From an uncultured Mycoplasmatota bacterium (lineage in GTDB: Bacteria > Bacillota_I > Bacilli_A > Izemoplasmatales > Izemoplasmataceae), in assembly GCA_913056275.1 (NCBI GenBank), contig CAJXLP010000005.1, forward strand, positions 1,027 through 65,026: a stretch of DNA of 64,000 nt, written 5' to 3'. The first letter of the stretch is position 1, and the number at the start of each line of letters is the position of its first letter. Positions 17,298 to 26,731 of the stretch are shown here, one piece after another. Below the pieces are notes generated by a model, which searched no databases, was not told where the DNA came from, and saw only the letters and a program-made list of their open reading frames with translations. A program made the translations under genes and the position numbers.

Positions 17298-17370
17298 AAA
17301 CCATCCTTGAAAGTCGCCATTATTATACACCAAAATAAATGCTTTATGCTATACTAAAAATGGTGATTGC

Positions 17371-17745
17371 ATGGACAATACACGCATTAAAATGATTGAT
17401 GATGTAATTGAATATTTTGTCGATAGTGCGCCATTATTACGCGTCAAAGAGGCTGAAAAAGCGTTTACTGATTCCGTCAATAAAGCGTTGTTAGATGCGT
17501 ACCGTCACGCCCAATCTGAGTATCAAGAGACGCGCAAATACGGCCGTCATCATCCTGATTTAAAAGCCACCCAAAAAGCATTTCAAACGGCGAAGGCCGA
17601 GTTATACAGTCAACCGTTTATGCAAGAATACTTAGCGGCTTACCAAGCCTTACAAACCGAGCTCGACGCGTTAAGTAGTGCACTTGCGTCGTCGATATCA
17701 CCACAAATTAGTATGGGACACTTAAACGTCCGGTTAAAGGAGTAG
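17371..17745 (+). CDS. YlbF/YmcA-family protein
   Basis: Length, helical composition and position immediately before a YlbG-like gene. Pattern ...AEKAF...YQ...KYG..HPD....Q..F...K..L...P...EYL. Confidence 0.55.
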   Translation: MDNTRIKMIDDVIEYFVDSAPLLRVKEAEKAFTDSVNKALLDAYRHAQSEYQETRKYGRHHPDLKATQKAFQTAKAELYSQPFMQEYLAAYQALQTELDALSSALASSISPQISMGHLNVRLKE

Positions 17746-17748
17746 CTG

Positions 17749-17982
17749 ATGATTACCCGCGAACCGATTGTTATCTATTACCGCTCCCCAAAACTCCTGA
17801 AACTATTAAGAAAGATGGGGAACATGACGTATTATCATAAAAAAAGACACTACGCCATTGTCTACGTGGATACCGATAAAAAAGCGACCATCATGAAAGA
17901 TATTCGCAATTTAAGAGGTGTCAAATACGTCGATGAAAGCCATCTCGACCGTGACATGTACACCTTTGATTTAAATGTATAG
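17749..17982 (+). CDS. UPF0298 (YlbG-like, DUF2129) protein
   Basis: 77 aa. IVIYYRSPKLLKLLRKMGNMTYYHKKRHYAIVYVD matches the YlbG family pattern. AAGGAG RBS. Confidence 0.6.
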   Translation: MITREPIVIYYRSPKLLKLLRKMGNMTYYHKKRHYAIVYVDTDKKATIMKDIRNLRGVKYVDESHLDRDMYTFDLNV

Positions 17983-17991
17983 TGTTTTTAC

Positions 17992-18020
17992 TTGACACCT
18001 TCTGTGTGACGTGCTAATCT
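17992..18020 (+). promoter_or_regulatory. sigma-70-like promoter of rpsP
   Basis: TTGACA (17992..97), 17-nt spacer ending in TGC (extended -10), TAATCT (18015..20). Confidence 0.6.
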
Positions 18021-18049
18021 TATCTTTAGTTTGACACAAGGAGGCCAAC

Positions 18050-18319
18050 ATGGCTGTAAAATTAAGATTACAAAGATTTGGGTCTAAAAGACATCCCATT
18101 TATCGACTCGTTGCCAGTGATTCACACTTTAAACGGGACGGACGTTACTTAGAAATCGTGGGACAATATGATCCCAATCAATCCCCGGCAGTAATTGCCA
18201 TTGACGAAGCGAAAGCACTCGCGTGGTTAGAAAAAGGGGCACAACCAACCGATACGGCAAAAAGCTTACTCTCCAAACAAGGAATCATTGCCAAATTCAA
18301 AGACCCCAAAAGAAAGTAG
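18050..18319 (+). CDS. rpsP: 30S ribosomal protein S16
   Basis: MAVKLRLQRFGSKRHPIYRLVASDS. Confidence 0.92.
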   Translation: MAVKLRLQRFGSKRHPIYRLVASDSHFKRDGRYLEIVGQYDPNQSPAVIAIDEAKALAWLEKGAQPTDTAKSLLSKQGIIAKFKDPKRK

Positions 18320-18328
18320 GGATGCGTT

Positions 18329-18577
18329 ATGGCGGTTAATTACGAAACGCTTATCGAGCACCTTATTACACCGCTCGTCATCCATCCTGAAGACATCGGT
18401 GTAAAAGTGTTATCGGACGATGATACGCTGGTCACAGTTCAAGTCTTAGTCAACGAAGAAGACTTAGGCCGCGTCATCGGCAAAAATGGGCGAATTGCCA
18501 ATGCAATTCGGACCATCGCGCACGCTTCAGCAGCGCGGCATCACAAACGCATCACGATTCAAATCGATGCTTTTTAA
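18329..18577 (+). CDS. KH-domain RNA-binding protein (YlqC-like)
   Basis: VIGKNGRIANAIRTI GxxG KH motif and the conserved position after rpsP. Confidence 0.8.
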   Translation: MAVNYETLIEHLITPLVIHPEDIGVKVLSDDDTLVTVQVLVNEEDLGRVIGKNGRIANAIRTIAHASAARHHKRITIQIDAF

Positions 18578-18600
18578 GCTGCTTGTTTAAGCAGCTTTTT
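18576..18600 (+). terminator. terminator-like hairpin directly abutting the RBS of the next gene
   Basis: AAGCTGCTT-GTTT-AAGCAGCTT perfect 9-bp stem, then TTTTTATTTGGAGGAATCATG. Confidence 0.5.
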
Positions 18601-18613
18601 ATTTGGAGGAATC

Positions 18614-19390
18614 ATGGAATTACGGGTAGAAAACCTTAAAAAAACGTTTAAACTTTCAAAAAAACAACAAAAAATTAATCGGACTGATTCGCGCGTAAAA
18701 CACGCCCTTAAAGGCATTAGTTTCACCGCGTATTCGGGTGAAATTTTTGGCCTTTTAGGACCGAATGGGGCGGGTAAAACCACTGCAATGCGGTCGATTT
18801 CAACGCTTATTAAACCGGACACAGGGACCATCACACTGGGTGATTTTGATGCGCTTAGTGAATCCAAAAGAATGCGCCAGTCGATTGCGTTTTTAACCAA
18901 TGAACTCAAACTTGAAGATTATTTTTCCCCCAATTTCTTGTTTGCCTATTTTTCCAAACTATATGGCGTCGATGAACCCACCATGAAGTCACGAAGAGAC
19001 ACACTTTTTAAACGGTTTGGCATTGACCGGTTTGCGGAAGTAAAAGTGGCCGATTTATCAAGTGGGATGAAACAAAAAACGTCGATCGCCATGAGTTTGG
19101 TGCACGATCCAGACGTGATCATTTTTGATGAACCAACCAATGGGCTTGATGTTTTGACCGCAAAAACCGTGCTTGATTACTTAGTTGAGCTCAGAGAAAC
19201 GGGAAAAATCATCATCATTTCGACGCACATATTATCGGTCGTGGAAAAAATTGTCGATCGTGTGGGCATCATCATCCAAGGCGAGATGAAAATTTTAGAA
19301 TCGATGGATGTCATTCGCCGTAGTGACAATTATCAAGATTTAGAGACCTTGTTCTTTGAACTGGTTGAAGCGGAGGGTCACGATGCGTGA
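18614..19390 (+). CDS. ABC transporter ATP-binding protein (NatA-like, ABC-2 type exporter)
   Basis: Walker [10 protein letters not shown], signature LSSGMKQK, Walker [12 protein letters not shown]. Confidence 0.8.
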   Translation: MELRVENLKKTFKLSKKQQKINRTDSRVKHALKGISFTAYSGEIFGLLGPNGAGKTTAMRSISTLIKPDTGTITLGDFDALSESKRMRQSIAFLTNELKLEDYFSPNFLFAYFSKLYGVDEPTMKSRRDTLFKRFGIDRFAEVKVADLSSGMKQKTSIAMSLVHDPDVIIFDEPTNGLDVLTAKTVLDYLVELRETGKIIIISTHILSVVEKIVDRVGIIIQGEMKILESMDVIRRSDNYQDLETLFFELVEAEGHDA

Positions 19391-20549
19391 TAGTTTAACG
19401 GTCATGTCAAAAGAGCTCAAACGATTTTGGATTGATAAAAAACTTCTTTTTACGACGATACTACTCCCAGGCATCATGATTTTTGCAATTTACTTCATTA
19501 TGGGTAATGTTATTAACGACCAAGTGGATGAAATTACGCAATCGACGACCACGCTCTACGTTGAAAACTTGCCCGACTCTTTAAACCCGCTGTTTGATCC
19601 GGCGCTTTTTCAAATTTCTTCCTATGAGGGTCAAGACCCCGAAACCTTGGTGAATGATTCCGAGGGGGTCATCCTCATATTCGAGGCGGGTTTCATGGAA
19701 CAGCTGGACGCGGGTGGATTTCCTGAGGTACGGCTTTATTATGATGGCTCTAACGAAACATCGAGTGAAGGTGGCTCACGAGTCCGCGGTATTTTAGATG
19801 GTCTGCGGAATCAAATTCTTGCCGAAAATTACACCGACGCTGAACGCTTGGTATTTGCCGAAAGCATCACCGCTTATCAAGATGAATCAGAAATTTTTGC
19901 GACCATCATTTCTTCCATCGTGCCGCTGTTAATTGTCATTTTTATTTTTGCAGCCGCCCTTTCGATTGCCCCCGATATTATTGCCGGGGAAAAAGAACGA
20001 GGAACGCTGGCGACACTGCTAGTGACGCCGATTTCTCGCAGCGCCTTTGCGCTTGGTAAAATACTCGCCATTACGGTGATCAGTTTAGCCTCGGCGTTTT
20101 CATCGTTCATCGGTGTGGCCCTCTCAATTCCTGTGCTTTTACAGCTAGAAAGTAGCGGCAGCGTCAATGTCCTCGATATCTATGGTCTGGACGGGATGGT
20201 CGCACTCCTCTTAGTCATTTTAAGTACGACTTTAATTATCGTGGGCGTGATCAGTGTCGTCAGTGCCTACGCAAAATCGATCAAAGAAGCCGCATCCTTA
20301 GCATCGCCTTTATATCTGATTACGATTGTCGTCTCGGCGCTGAACCTTTTTTCCGATGGGGCGTCCAACGAACTGTTAAATGCCATACCGTTGTATGGGT
20401 CGATTCAAGTCATTAACGGAGTCTTGGCACAAAATTACACCTGGACGAGTGTTTTGATTGTCATGGCCTCATCCTTATTGACGACCGGATTACTCGCATG
20501 GACGGTAAAACTCATGCTATCTTCAGAACGGATTGTCTTTCAAAAATGA
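19383..20549 (+). CDS. ABC-2 type transporter permease (NatB-like)
   Basis: N-terminus [23 protein letters not shown]1, a large extracytoplasmic loop, then five C-terminal TM segments. It overlaps the ATPase gene by 8 nt. Confidence 0.7.
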   Translation: MRDSLTVMSKELKRFWIDKKLLFTTILLPGIMIFAIYFIMGNVINDQVDEITQSTTTLYVENLPDSLNPLFDPALFQISSYEGQDPETLVNDSEGVILIFEAGFMEQLDAGGFPEVRLYYDGSNETSSEGGSRVRGILDGLRNQILAENYTDAERLVFAESITAYQDESEIFATIISSIVPLLIVIFIFAAALSIAPDIIAGEKERGTLATLLVTPISRSAFALGKILAITVISLASAFSSFIGVALSIPVLLQLESSGSVNVLDIYGLDGMVALLLVILSTTLIIVGVISVVSAYAKSIKEAASLASPLYLITIVVSALNLFSDGASNELLNAIPLYGSIQVINGVLAQNYTWTSVLIVMASSLLTTGLLAWTVKLMLSSERIVFQK

Positions 20550-21049
20550 GTGATTGGATTGCGATTGCCACGGTCTTAAAGCCGCATGGTGTAAAAGGCG
20601 CATTTAAAATTAAAAGTGCCAGTGATTTTACAGAAGCCCGCTATCAAGTCGGTCAAACGTTGAAACTAGAAACTCCCTTGAATACGCGTGAAGTTACGGT
20701 TGAATCATACGCCGACTTGACCGCTGGGGAAGTGTTGAAATTGGCTGAAATCAATGACCGTGATGAGGCCTATAATGTGCGCGGTGGCACGCTTTATTTT
20801 GATAAAACTGAGCGCGATGAGTTAGAAGAGGACGCTTTTTATTTCGATGAACTGGAAGGTGCTGAAGTGTACGCGAACGATGCCCTTGTCGGCCATGTCA
20901 AAACCCTCCATGATTATCCCCAAGGCACGATGTTACGGATTCAAACCGATACCGGCGAAAAGCTTGTCCCCTTTTTAAAAGTGTTTATCGAGAAAGTCGA
21001 TTCGAGCATTCCCGCCATTTACTTGAAAGACTGGGAGGGGTTACTGTGA
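20546..21049 (+). CDS. rimM: 16S rRNA processing protein RimM
   Basis: IATVLKPHGVKGAFKI and a PRC-barrel C-terminus. The start overlaps the permease stop (ATGA). Confidence 0.85.
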   Translation: MSDWIAIATVLKPHGVKGAFKIKSASDFTEARYQVGQTLKLETPLNTREVTVESYADLTAGEVLKLAEINDRDEAYNVRGGTLYFDKTERDELEEDAFYFDELEGAEVYANDALVGHVKTLHDYPQGTMLRIQTDTGEKLVPFLKVFIEKVDSSIPAIYLKDWEGLL

Positions 21050-21735
21050 AAATTGATATTTTAACGCTTTTTCCGGACATGCTGAAATCCGTATTAGAGA
21101 CCTCGATCATGGGCCGTGCAGAAAAAACCGGGCACGTCGAGTACAATGTGATTAACTTCCGAGATTTTAGTTTAGACAAGCATCAAAAAGTCGATGATAC
21201 CCCGTATGGCGGGGGCGCTGGCATGGTGTTGCAAGTTGAACCAATCGTTCGCGCTTTACGTTCGATTGACGGGTATGAGACGGCAGAAAAGATTCTTTTA
21301 AGTCCTCAAGGCACGCCCTATCATCAACAGACTGCGAATACACTTGCTCAAAAGAAGCATTTGATTTTAATTTGTGGCCATTACGAAGGCTTTGATGAAC
21401 GTTTATCGGCCTATGTAGACCGGGAAATTTCCTTAGGTGACTATATTTTAAACGGCGGTGAAGTAGCGGCTTGGGCGATTGTTGAAAGCGTGGTTCGTCT
21501 GCGTCCAGGAGTCTTACACAACGAGGCCTCAATTCTCGAAGAATCGCATGAAGACGGCTTACTGGAATATCCTCAATACACTAAACCTGCGGAATTTGAA
21601 GGCGCGAAGGTTCCCGATGTATTAATCTCTGGGCACCACGGAAAAATTAACGAATGGCGGGCGGCGAAACGGCTCGAAAACACCGCCAAAAAACGCCCCG
21701 ATCTGTACGCGAAATGGCAAAAAAAAGACGCTTGA
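21046..21735 (+). CDS. trmD: tRNA (guanine37-N1)-methyltransferase
   Basis: IDILTLFPDM, DDTPYGGGAGMV and ICGHYEGFDER. GTG start overlapping the rimM stop (GTGA). Confidence 0.9.
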   Translation: MKIDILTLFPDMLKSVLETSIMGRAEKTGHVEYNVINFRDFSLDKHQKVDDTPYGGGAGMVLQVEPIVRALRSIDGYETAEKILLSPQGTPYHQQTANTLAQKKHLILICGHYEGFDERLSAYVDREISLGDYILNGGEVAAWAIVESVVRLRPGVLHNEASILEESHEDGLLEYPQYTKPAEFEGAKVPDVLISGHHGKINEWRAAKRLENTAKKRPDLYAKWQKKDA

Positions 21736-21760
21736 AGTCACTTTAAAACTGTGCTATACT
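21732..21760 (+). promoter_or_regulatory. sigma-70-like promoter of rplS, followed by a ~70-nt leader with a hairpin
   Basis: TTGAAG (21732..37), 17-nt spacer ending in TGC, TATACT (21755..60). The leader contains a GCGTGTTC...GAACATGC stem; an L19-leader-like role is only a possibility. Confidence 0.55.
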
Positions 21761-21835
21761 TTTCAAGCTGACAGCGTGTTCCGCTGAACCTTATGTCTCA
21801 CGAACATGCGAAGAAAAAGAAAAGGAGAAATCGAT

Positions 21836-22183
21836 ATGTCACAGGCAATCTTGAACCACGTGACGGAATCGTATCTTCGCTCGGATGTTCCTGAATTTCG
21901 TCCGGGGGATACGGTCAAATGCGCCGTCCGCATTAAAGAAGGTCAACGCGAAAGAATCCAGATTTTTGAAGGCTTGGTGATTAAACGCCAAGGCGGTGGA
22001 GTCTCCGAAACGTTTACCGTTCGTAAAGTGTCATATGGCATCGGCATTGAAAGAACCTTTCCCGTGCATTCACCATCCCTTGAATCCATTCAAGTGGCTC
22101 GCCGCGGTAAAGTTCGCCGTGCTAAACTGAATTACATCCGTAACTTATCGACCAAACAAGCGCGTATCAAAGAGCGCCGGTAA
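21836..22183 (+). CDS. rplS: 50S ribosomal protein L19
   Basis: [39 protein letters not shown] before the ATG at 21836. Confidence 0.92.
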   Translation: MSQAILNHVTESYLRSDVPEFRPGDTVKCAVRIKEGQRERIQIFEGLVIKRQGGGVSETFTVRKVSYGIGIERTFPVHSPSLESIQVARRGKVRRAKLNYIRNLSTKQARIKERR

Positions 22184-22184
22184 G

Positions 22185-22207
22185 AAAAGCCTTCGGGCTT
22201 TTTTTTT
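22185..22207 (+). terminator. intrinsic terminator after rplS
   Basis: AAAAGCC-TTCG-GGCTTTT hairpin with a 9-T run. Confidence 0.8.
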
Positions 22208-22264
22208 GCCTAAATACGGGTATGAAAAACCGAGAAAACTTCTTTGAAAGCTTTAATCATTTCT

Positions 22265-22293
22265 TTGAAAACATTTTCATAGAGTGATATAAT
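22265..22293 (+). promoter_or_regulatory. promoter of the CcpA-like gene with an overlapping cre-like palindrome
   Basis: TTGAAA (22265..70), 17-nt spacer, TG-extended TATAAT (22288..93). The palindrome TGAAAACATTTTCA (22266..22279) overlaps the -35 and spacer. Confidence 0.5.
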
Positions 22294-22314
22294 GACGATT
22301 AAGAGGTGGGACCA

Positions 22315-23316
22315 ATGAATAAAATAACCATTTATGATGTCGCCCTACGGGCTAAAGTATCGCTTGCAACGGTATCACGGGCGATCAATAATCCGGAAAA
22401 GGTAAAGCCTGAAACGCGTGAACGCGTTTTACGGGTCATTGAAGATTTGGGATATAAGCCCAACGCTTTTGCGCGTGGACTCGCGAGCCGTAAATCAACC
22501 ACGGTCGCTGTCATTGTCCCAGATATGTCTCGCGCATCGATTGCAGAGATGATGAACGGCATCGCAGACATTGCGCGCGTGTACAAATATTCCATCCTAT
22601 TATATATACTCGATCAAGAAGAACTCGATCAAGAGGAAATTTTACGAGAGATCATCGCCGCCCAAGTGGATGGTATTTTGTACTTAAATGACGAAGTAAC
22701 CCCCGATCAATACGAATTTCTCCAACGGATGCGAGATGAATACCGAATCCCCGTGGTCTTGACGAATACGATGTATCCGGATCACGACGACATTCCGTCC
22801 GTCTCCATCGATTACGAGAAAGCCGCCTACGAAGTGACCCAGAATTTAATTGGGGAAGGCCGATCGAATATTTTCATGATTTCCACCGTGCGTAAATACA
22901 TGGTCAACGACTTGAAAGAATCCGGCTATTTAAGAGCCATTGAAGAAGCGGGATTAACGCCGCACATCATGCGGACGTCCGGCCGAGTCAACGTGAATAC
23001 CGAACACTTCCACGAATACTTTAGAAACCATAAAGTTGATGGCGTGGTCGCCGTTCGTGATTCGATTGCGGTCAGCTTTATGAATGTCGCCCGGGCCAAT
23101 CACGTAAAAATTCCTGAGGACATATCGGTTGCAGGCTTCCAAAATACGAAGTACTCAATCTTAGCTCGCCCTCAGCTCACCTGTATTGACGTCCCCATTT
23201 ATGACATCGGGGCCGTCGGAATGCGACTCCTCACAAAACTGATGAACCAAGAAGAAGTCACTACCCCCGAAGTCATCTTAGACCACAGCTTCATCAAACG
23301 CGGTTCAACACTTTAA
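22315..23316 (+). CDS. ccpA: LacI-family regulator, CcpA-like
   Basis: ITIYDVALRAKVSLATVSRAINNPEKVKPETRERVLRVIEDLGYKPNAFARGLAS is a LacI HTH, and the following KSTTVAVIVPDMS...IADIARVYKYSILLY resembles CcpA. AGAGGTGG RBS. Confidence 0.65.
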   Translation: MNKITIYDVALRAKVSLATVSRAINNPEKVKPETRERVLRVIEDLGYKPNAFARGLASRKSTTVAVIVPDMSRASIAEMMNGIADIARVYKYSILLYILDQEELDQEEILREIIAAQVDGILYLNDEVTPDQYEFLQRMRDEYRIPVVLTNTMYPDHDDIPSVSIDYEKAAYEVTQNLIGEGRSNIFMISTVRKYMVNDLKESGYLRAIEEAGLTPHIMRTSGRVNVNTEHFHEYFRNHKVDGVVAVRDSIAVSFMNVARANHVKIPEDISVAGFQNTKYSILARPQLTCIDVPIYDIGAVGMRLLTKLMNQEEVTTPEVILDHSFIKRGSTL

Positions 23317-23320
23317 ATCT

Positions 23321-23348
23321 AGGCCTCAGCCTCCAGGCTGAGGCTTTT
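23321..23348 (+). terminator. terminator-like hairpin 14 nt before tyrS
   Basis: GCCTCAGCC-TCCA-GGCTGAGGC perfect 9-bp stem, then TTTT. Confidence 0.55.
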
Positions 23349-23361
23349 CAAAGGACAGCTT

Positions 23362-24603
23362 ATGACATTATCGAACGACTTAAAAACCCGGGGCCTCATT
23401 TATGATGTCTCCGACGACGCTTTACTCAACGCTCTTGACTCCCAACCCCTCACCTTTTATTTAGGGGCTGACCCAACCGGTGACTCACTGCATGTTGGGC
23501 ATTTAAGCACGTACTTAGTGGCCAAACGGTTGGCGGATGCTGGGCACCATCCGATTTTGGTGATTGGTGGGGGAACTGGCCTCATCGGGGATCCATCGGG
23601 AAAAAGTAAAGAGCGCAATTTATTGAGCTTGGAAGATTCTTTAGCAAACGCCAAGAAGATTACTGAACAAGTGAAAAAACTGTTGCCAGATGCGACCGTT
23701 GTGAATAATTATGACTGGCTGCAAACATACAGTTTAATTCCGTTTTTAAGAGACATCGGTAAACACTTTAACCTCAATCAAATGCTCGCCAAAGACACGG
23801 TGAAAAGACGCTTAGAATCGGGGATTTCATACACGGAATTTACCTATCAAATCATCCAGTCCTTGGACTTTTTAGTGCTCTACCAAAGAAACCAGTGTAC
23901 CCTGCAAATTGGGGGTCAAGACCAATGGGGAAACATTACTGCTGGGTTGGAATTAATTCGGAAAGTGGAAGGGGTTGACGCCAAAGCGTACGGCATGGTA
24001 TTCCCCTTAGTGACGAAATCAGATGGCACTAAATTTGGAAAAACGGCAGACGGAGCGATTTGGCTGGATGCAGAGAAAACCAGCCCGTATGCGTTTTATC
24101 AATACTGGGTCAACCTCAGTGATGCCGATAGCATGAAAATGCTTTGGCGGTTTAGCTTCCGCTCAATCGAAGCGATTCAGACCATCGAACACGCCATGCA
24201 AGAGTCCCCGCATTTAAGACATGCGCAAAAAGCCTTGGCCGAAGAACTGACCATACTCGTGCACGGTGAGGCAGGCTACAAACAAGCCCAACAAATTAGT
24301 GATGCCTTATTTAGTGGTGATTTTTCTGCCCTTTCAAAACGCGCATTTAAAGAAGCGTTTGACGGCTTAGAGATTCACCACATCGCTGCAGGTACGCCGC
24401 TCATTGATGCGCTAATTGCCTCAACGCTGGCGCCCTCAAAGTCCCAAGCTCGCACCTTAATTAACCAAAATGCGATTGCCTTAAACGGCGATAAAGAAAC
24501 CGATGAAACGAGGCCGCTCGCGGTTGAAGACGCCTATCACGGTGAATATATCGTCTTAAAAAAAGGTAAAAAAGCGTACGCACTCGTCGCTTTAACAACT
24601 TAA
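23362..24603 (+). CDS. tyrS: tyrosyl-tRNA synthetase
   Basis: HIGH-type motif SLHVGH, KMSKS-type motif KFGKT, and a C-terminal S4-like domain. Confidence 0.9.
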   Translation: MTLSNDLKTRGLIYDVSDDALLNALDSQPLTFYLGADPTGDSLHVGHLSTYLVAKRLADAGHHPILVIGGGTGLIGDPSGKSKERNLLSLEDSLANAKKITEQVKKLLPDATVVNNYDWLQTYSLIPFLRDIGKHFNLNQMLAKDTVKRRLESGISYTEFTYQIIQSLDFLVLYQRNQCTLQIGGQDQWGNITAGLELIRKVEGVDAKAYGMVFPLVTKSDGTKFGKTADGAIWLDAEKTSPYAFYQYWVNLSDADSMKMLWRFSFRSIEAIQTIEHAMQESPHLRHAQKALAEELTILVHGEAGYKQAQQISDALFSGDFSALSKRAFKEAFDGLEIHHIAAGTPLIDALIASTLAPSKSQARTLINQNAIALNGDKETDETRPLAVEDAYHGEYIVLKKGKKAYALVALTT

Positions 24604-24613
24604 TTTGATCAAC

Positions 24614-24641
24614 GGCCCCCACGTGTTTGGGGGCCTTTTTT
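24614..24641 (+). terminator. intrinsic terminator after tyrS
   Basis: GGCCCCCA-loop-TGGGGGCC hairpin plus TTTTTT. Confidence 0.8.
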
Positions 24642-24707
24642 AACGGGATTTTTACTTGTGAAAGCGGGAGTGAAGTGATAGACTATATCGCATAGTGAGG
24701 TGAAACC

Positions 24708-26096
24708 ATGGAAGAACGTAACTGGACAGTCGAAAACGCCTTTACGAAGCTCGTTGAAAAAAACGAATCAACGCTGCTTAAACGGTTGTATGGGTTGCTG
24801 CGCATTGAAAGTGTATTAGATCGGTTTGACCCAAGCCGCGAAGCTCCCTTTGGCGACGGCGTGAACGATGCTTTACACTACATGTTAGACTTGGCAAAAA
24901 AAGATGGATTTGTTACGAAGAATATTGACAATTATGCCGCCCATATTGAATTTGGCGAAGGGGACGAACTTTTGGGCATTTTGTGTCACATCGATGTCGT
25001 ACCCGCGAACAAATCAGAAAAATGGAAAAGTGATCCATTCACCCCTGAACTGCGCGATGGGAAAATTTATGCCCGCGGTACGATGGACGATAAAGGCCCA
25101 ACAATGGCCGCGTACATGGCGCTTAAGTTACTGCGTGACCACGTGGAAGATTTTGCCCCACAAAAACGCATTCGCATCATTCTAGGCACGGATGAAGAAT
25201 CTGGATGGCGCGGATTAAAAGAGTACTTTAAAACCGAAGAAATGCCGACCATCGGGTTTGCACCCGATGCGTTGTTTCCACTGATTTACGGGGAAAAAGG
25301 CTTTTTCAACTTTACCTTCGAAGGGGCCTATCAAAATGATGCACTCATCGAATTTTACAGTGGCTTACGGTCCAACGTTGTCCCGGATGAAGCGTACGCG
25401 TTACTCGATGTAGATTTGAGTGAGGCCTTTGAGAAATTTTTATCGAACAACAATTACCGCGGTGAAGTGGACGGTAATAAGTACATCATTAAAGGAAAAG
25501 CCGCCCATGCCATGGCGCCGGATTCCGGCATTAATGCAGGCTACTTACTCGCCCAATTTTTAAATGAACACCTGGACAACGGATTCATCAAAGTGATTGC
25601 AGAGAAATTGTTATTCGATGCCCTCGGAGAAAAACTTGGCATTGATTATTACGACGAAGAAATGAAAAACTTGACGATGAATAACGGTATTTTCCGGTAC
25701 GCCAAAGACGCCGTATCGATTCACTTTAACTGCCGCTATCCGAAAGGCTATGACGTGCCTGCCGCGGAAGTGAAACTGAAAAAAGAAGCTAAAAAATACG
25801 GGCTTGAATACGTCTTTGAAAGCAACCGTCCCGTGCATTACAACGATCCCAATGCGGATTTAGTCCAAACGTTATTAAGCGTCTACCGTGAAGGGACGGG
25901 CGACATGGAAAGTCAACCGATCACGATTGGCGGAGGCACGTATGCCCGCTCGATTCCGAATGGTGTGGCTTTTGGGATGGCGTTTCCTGGCGCCATTGAA
26001 GTGGCTCACCAAGCCAACGAACACGTAAAAAAGGCGGACTATTTAGCCGGAACCATGTTATACATGGCGGCGATTAAACGCCTTTCAGAAAGTTAA
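24708..26096 (+). CDS. pepV: M20-family dipeptidase (PepV-like)
   Basis: CHIDVVP, GTMDDKGP and TDEESGW metal-ligand motifs; ~460 aa. Confidence 0.75.
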   Translation: MEERNWTVENAFTKLVEKNESTLLKRLYGLLRIESVLDRFDPSREAPFGDGVNDALHYMLDLAKKDGFVTKNIDNYAAHIEFGEGDELLGILCHIDVVPANKSEKWKSDPFTPELRDGKIYARGTMDDKGPTMAAYMALKLLRDHVEDFAPQKRIRIILGTDEESGWRGLKEYFKTEEMPTIGFAPDALFPLIYGEKGFFNFTFEGAYQNDALIEFYSGLRSNVVPDEAYALLDVDLSEAFEKFLSNNNYRGEVDGNKYIIKGKAAHAMAPDSGINAGYLLAQFLNEHLDNGFIKVIAEKLLFDALGEKLGIDYYDEEMKNLTMNNGIFRYAKDAVSIHFNCRYPKGYDVPAAEVKLKKEAKKYGLEYVFESNRPVHYNDPNADLVQTLLSVYREGTGDMESQPITIGGGTYARSIPNGVAFGMAFPGAIEVAHQANEHVKKADYLAGTMLYMAAIKRLSES

Positions 26097-26098
26097 TT

Positions 26099-26731
26099 AT
26101 GCGCTTAAGAACTGATAAAGCTGCCCACGAAAAATTGGCCGCACGCCCTGAGCGTGTGGTCATTTTAGACCCGGATGCACTGACGCAGCTCGATCACGTT
26201 GCAACCCAGTCATCGTTGGCCTTAGAAATTGGCTGTGGCAAAGGCGGCTTCATTAAAGAGCTTGCCCCCCACTTTCCCAAGACTCATTTTTTTGCCTTTG
26301 AGAAGTTTGAAACGATCCTTGTCAAAGCGTTGTTAAAATACGATCAGTCACCGAGTCCGAATATTACATACGTGAGCGGGGATGCGACGCATCTAGCGGC
26401 GTGTTTTAAACCGCTAAGCATCGAAGATATTTATTTAAATTTTTCTGATCCTTGGCCGAAAGCCAGACACGAAAAACGCAGGTTGACATATCCGACTCAA
26501 CTTACCCACTATCACCAGCTCTTAAAAGCCGATGGCACGTTGCATTTAAAAACTGATAACCGGTCGTTTTTTTATTACTCGCTCATTGCGCTGCAAGCGA
26601 ATGGGTTTGCGATCACCGATTTCACCACCGATTTAAGTCACAGTGATTGGTTTAACGTACCAACTGAATTTGAAGCACGGTACACTCCCACTACGCCGAT
26701 TCATGCATTAAAGGCGAGAAAGCAGGTTTAA
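26099..26731 (+). CDS. trmB: tRNA (guanine46-N7)-methyltransferase
   Basis: LEIGCGKGGF SAM motif and FSDPWPKARHEKRRL. Confidence 0.85.
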   Translation: MRLRTDKAAHEKLAARPERVVILDPDALTQLDHVATQSSLALEIGCGKGGFIKELAPHFPKTHFFAFEKFETILVKALLKYDQSPSPNITYVSGDATHLAACFKPLSIEDIYLNFSDPWPKARHEKRRLTYPTQLTHYHQLLKADGTLHLKTDNRSFFYYSLIALQANGFAITDFTTDLSHSDWFNVPTEFEARYTPTTPIHALKARKQV

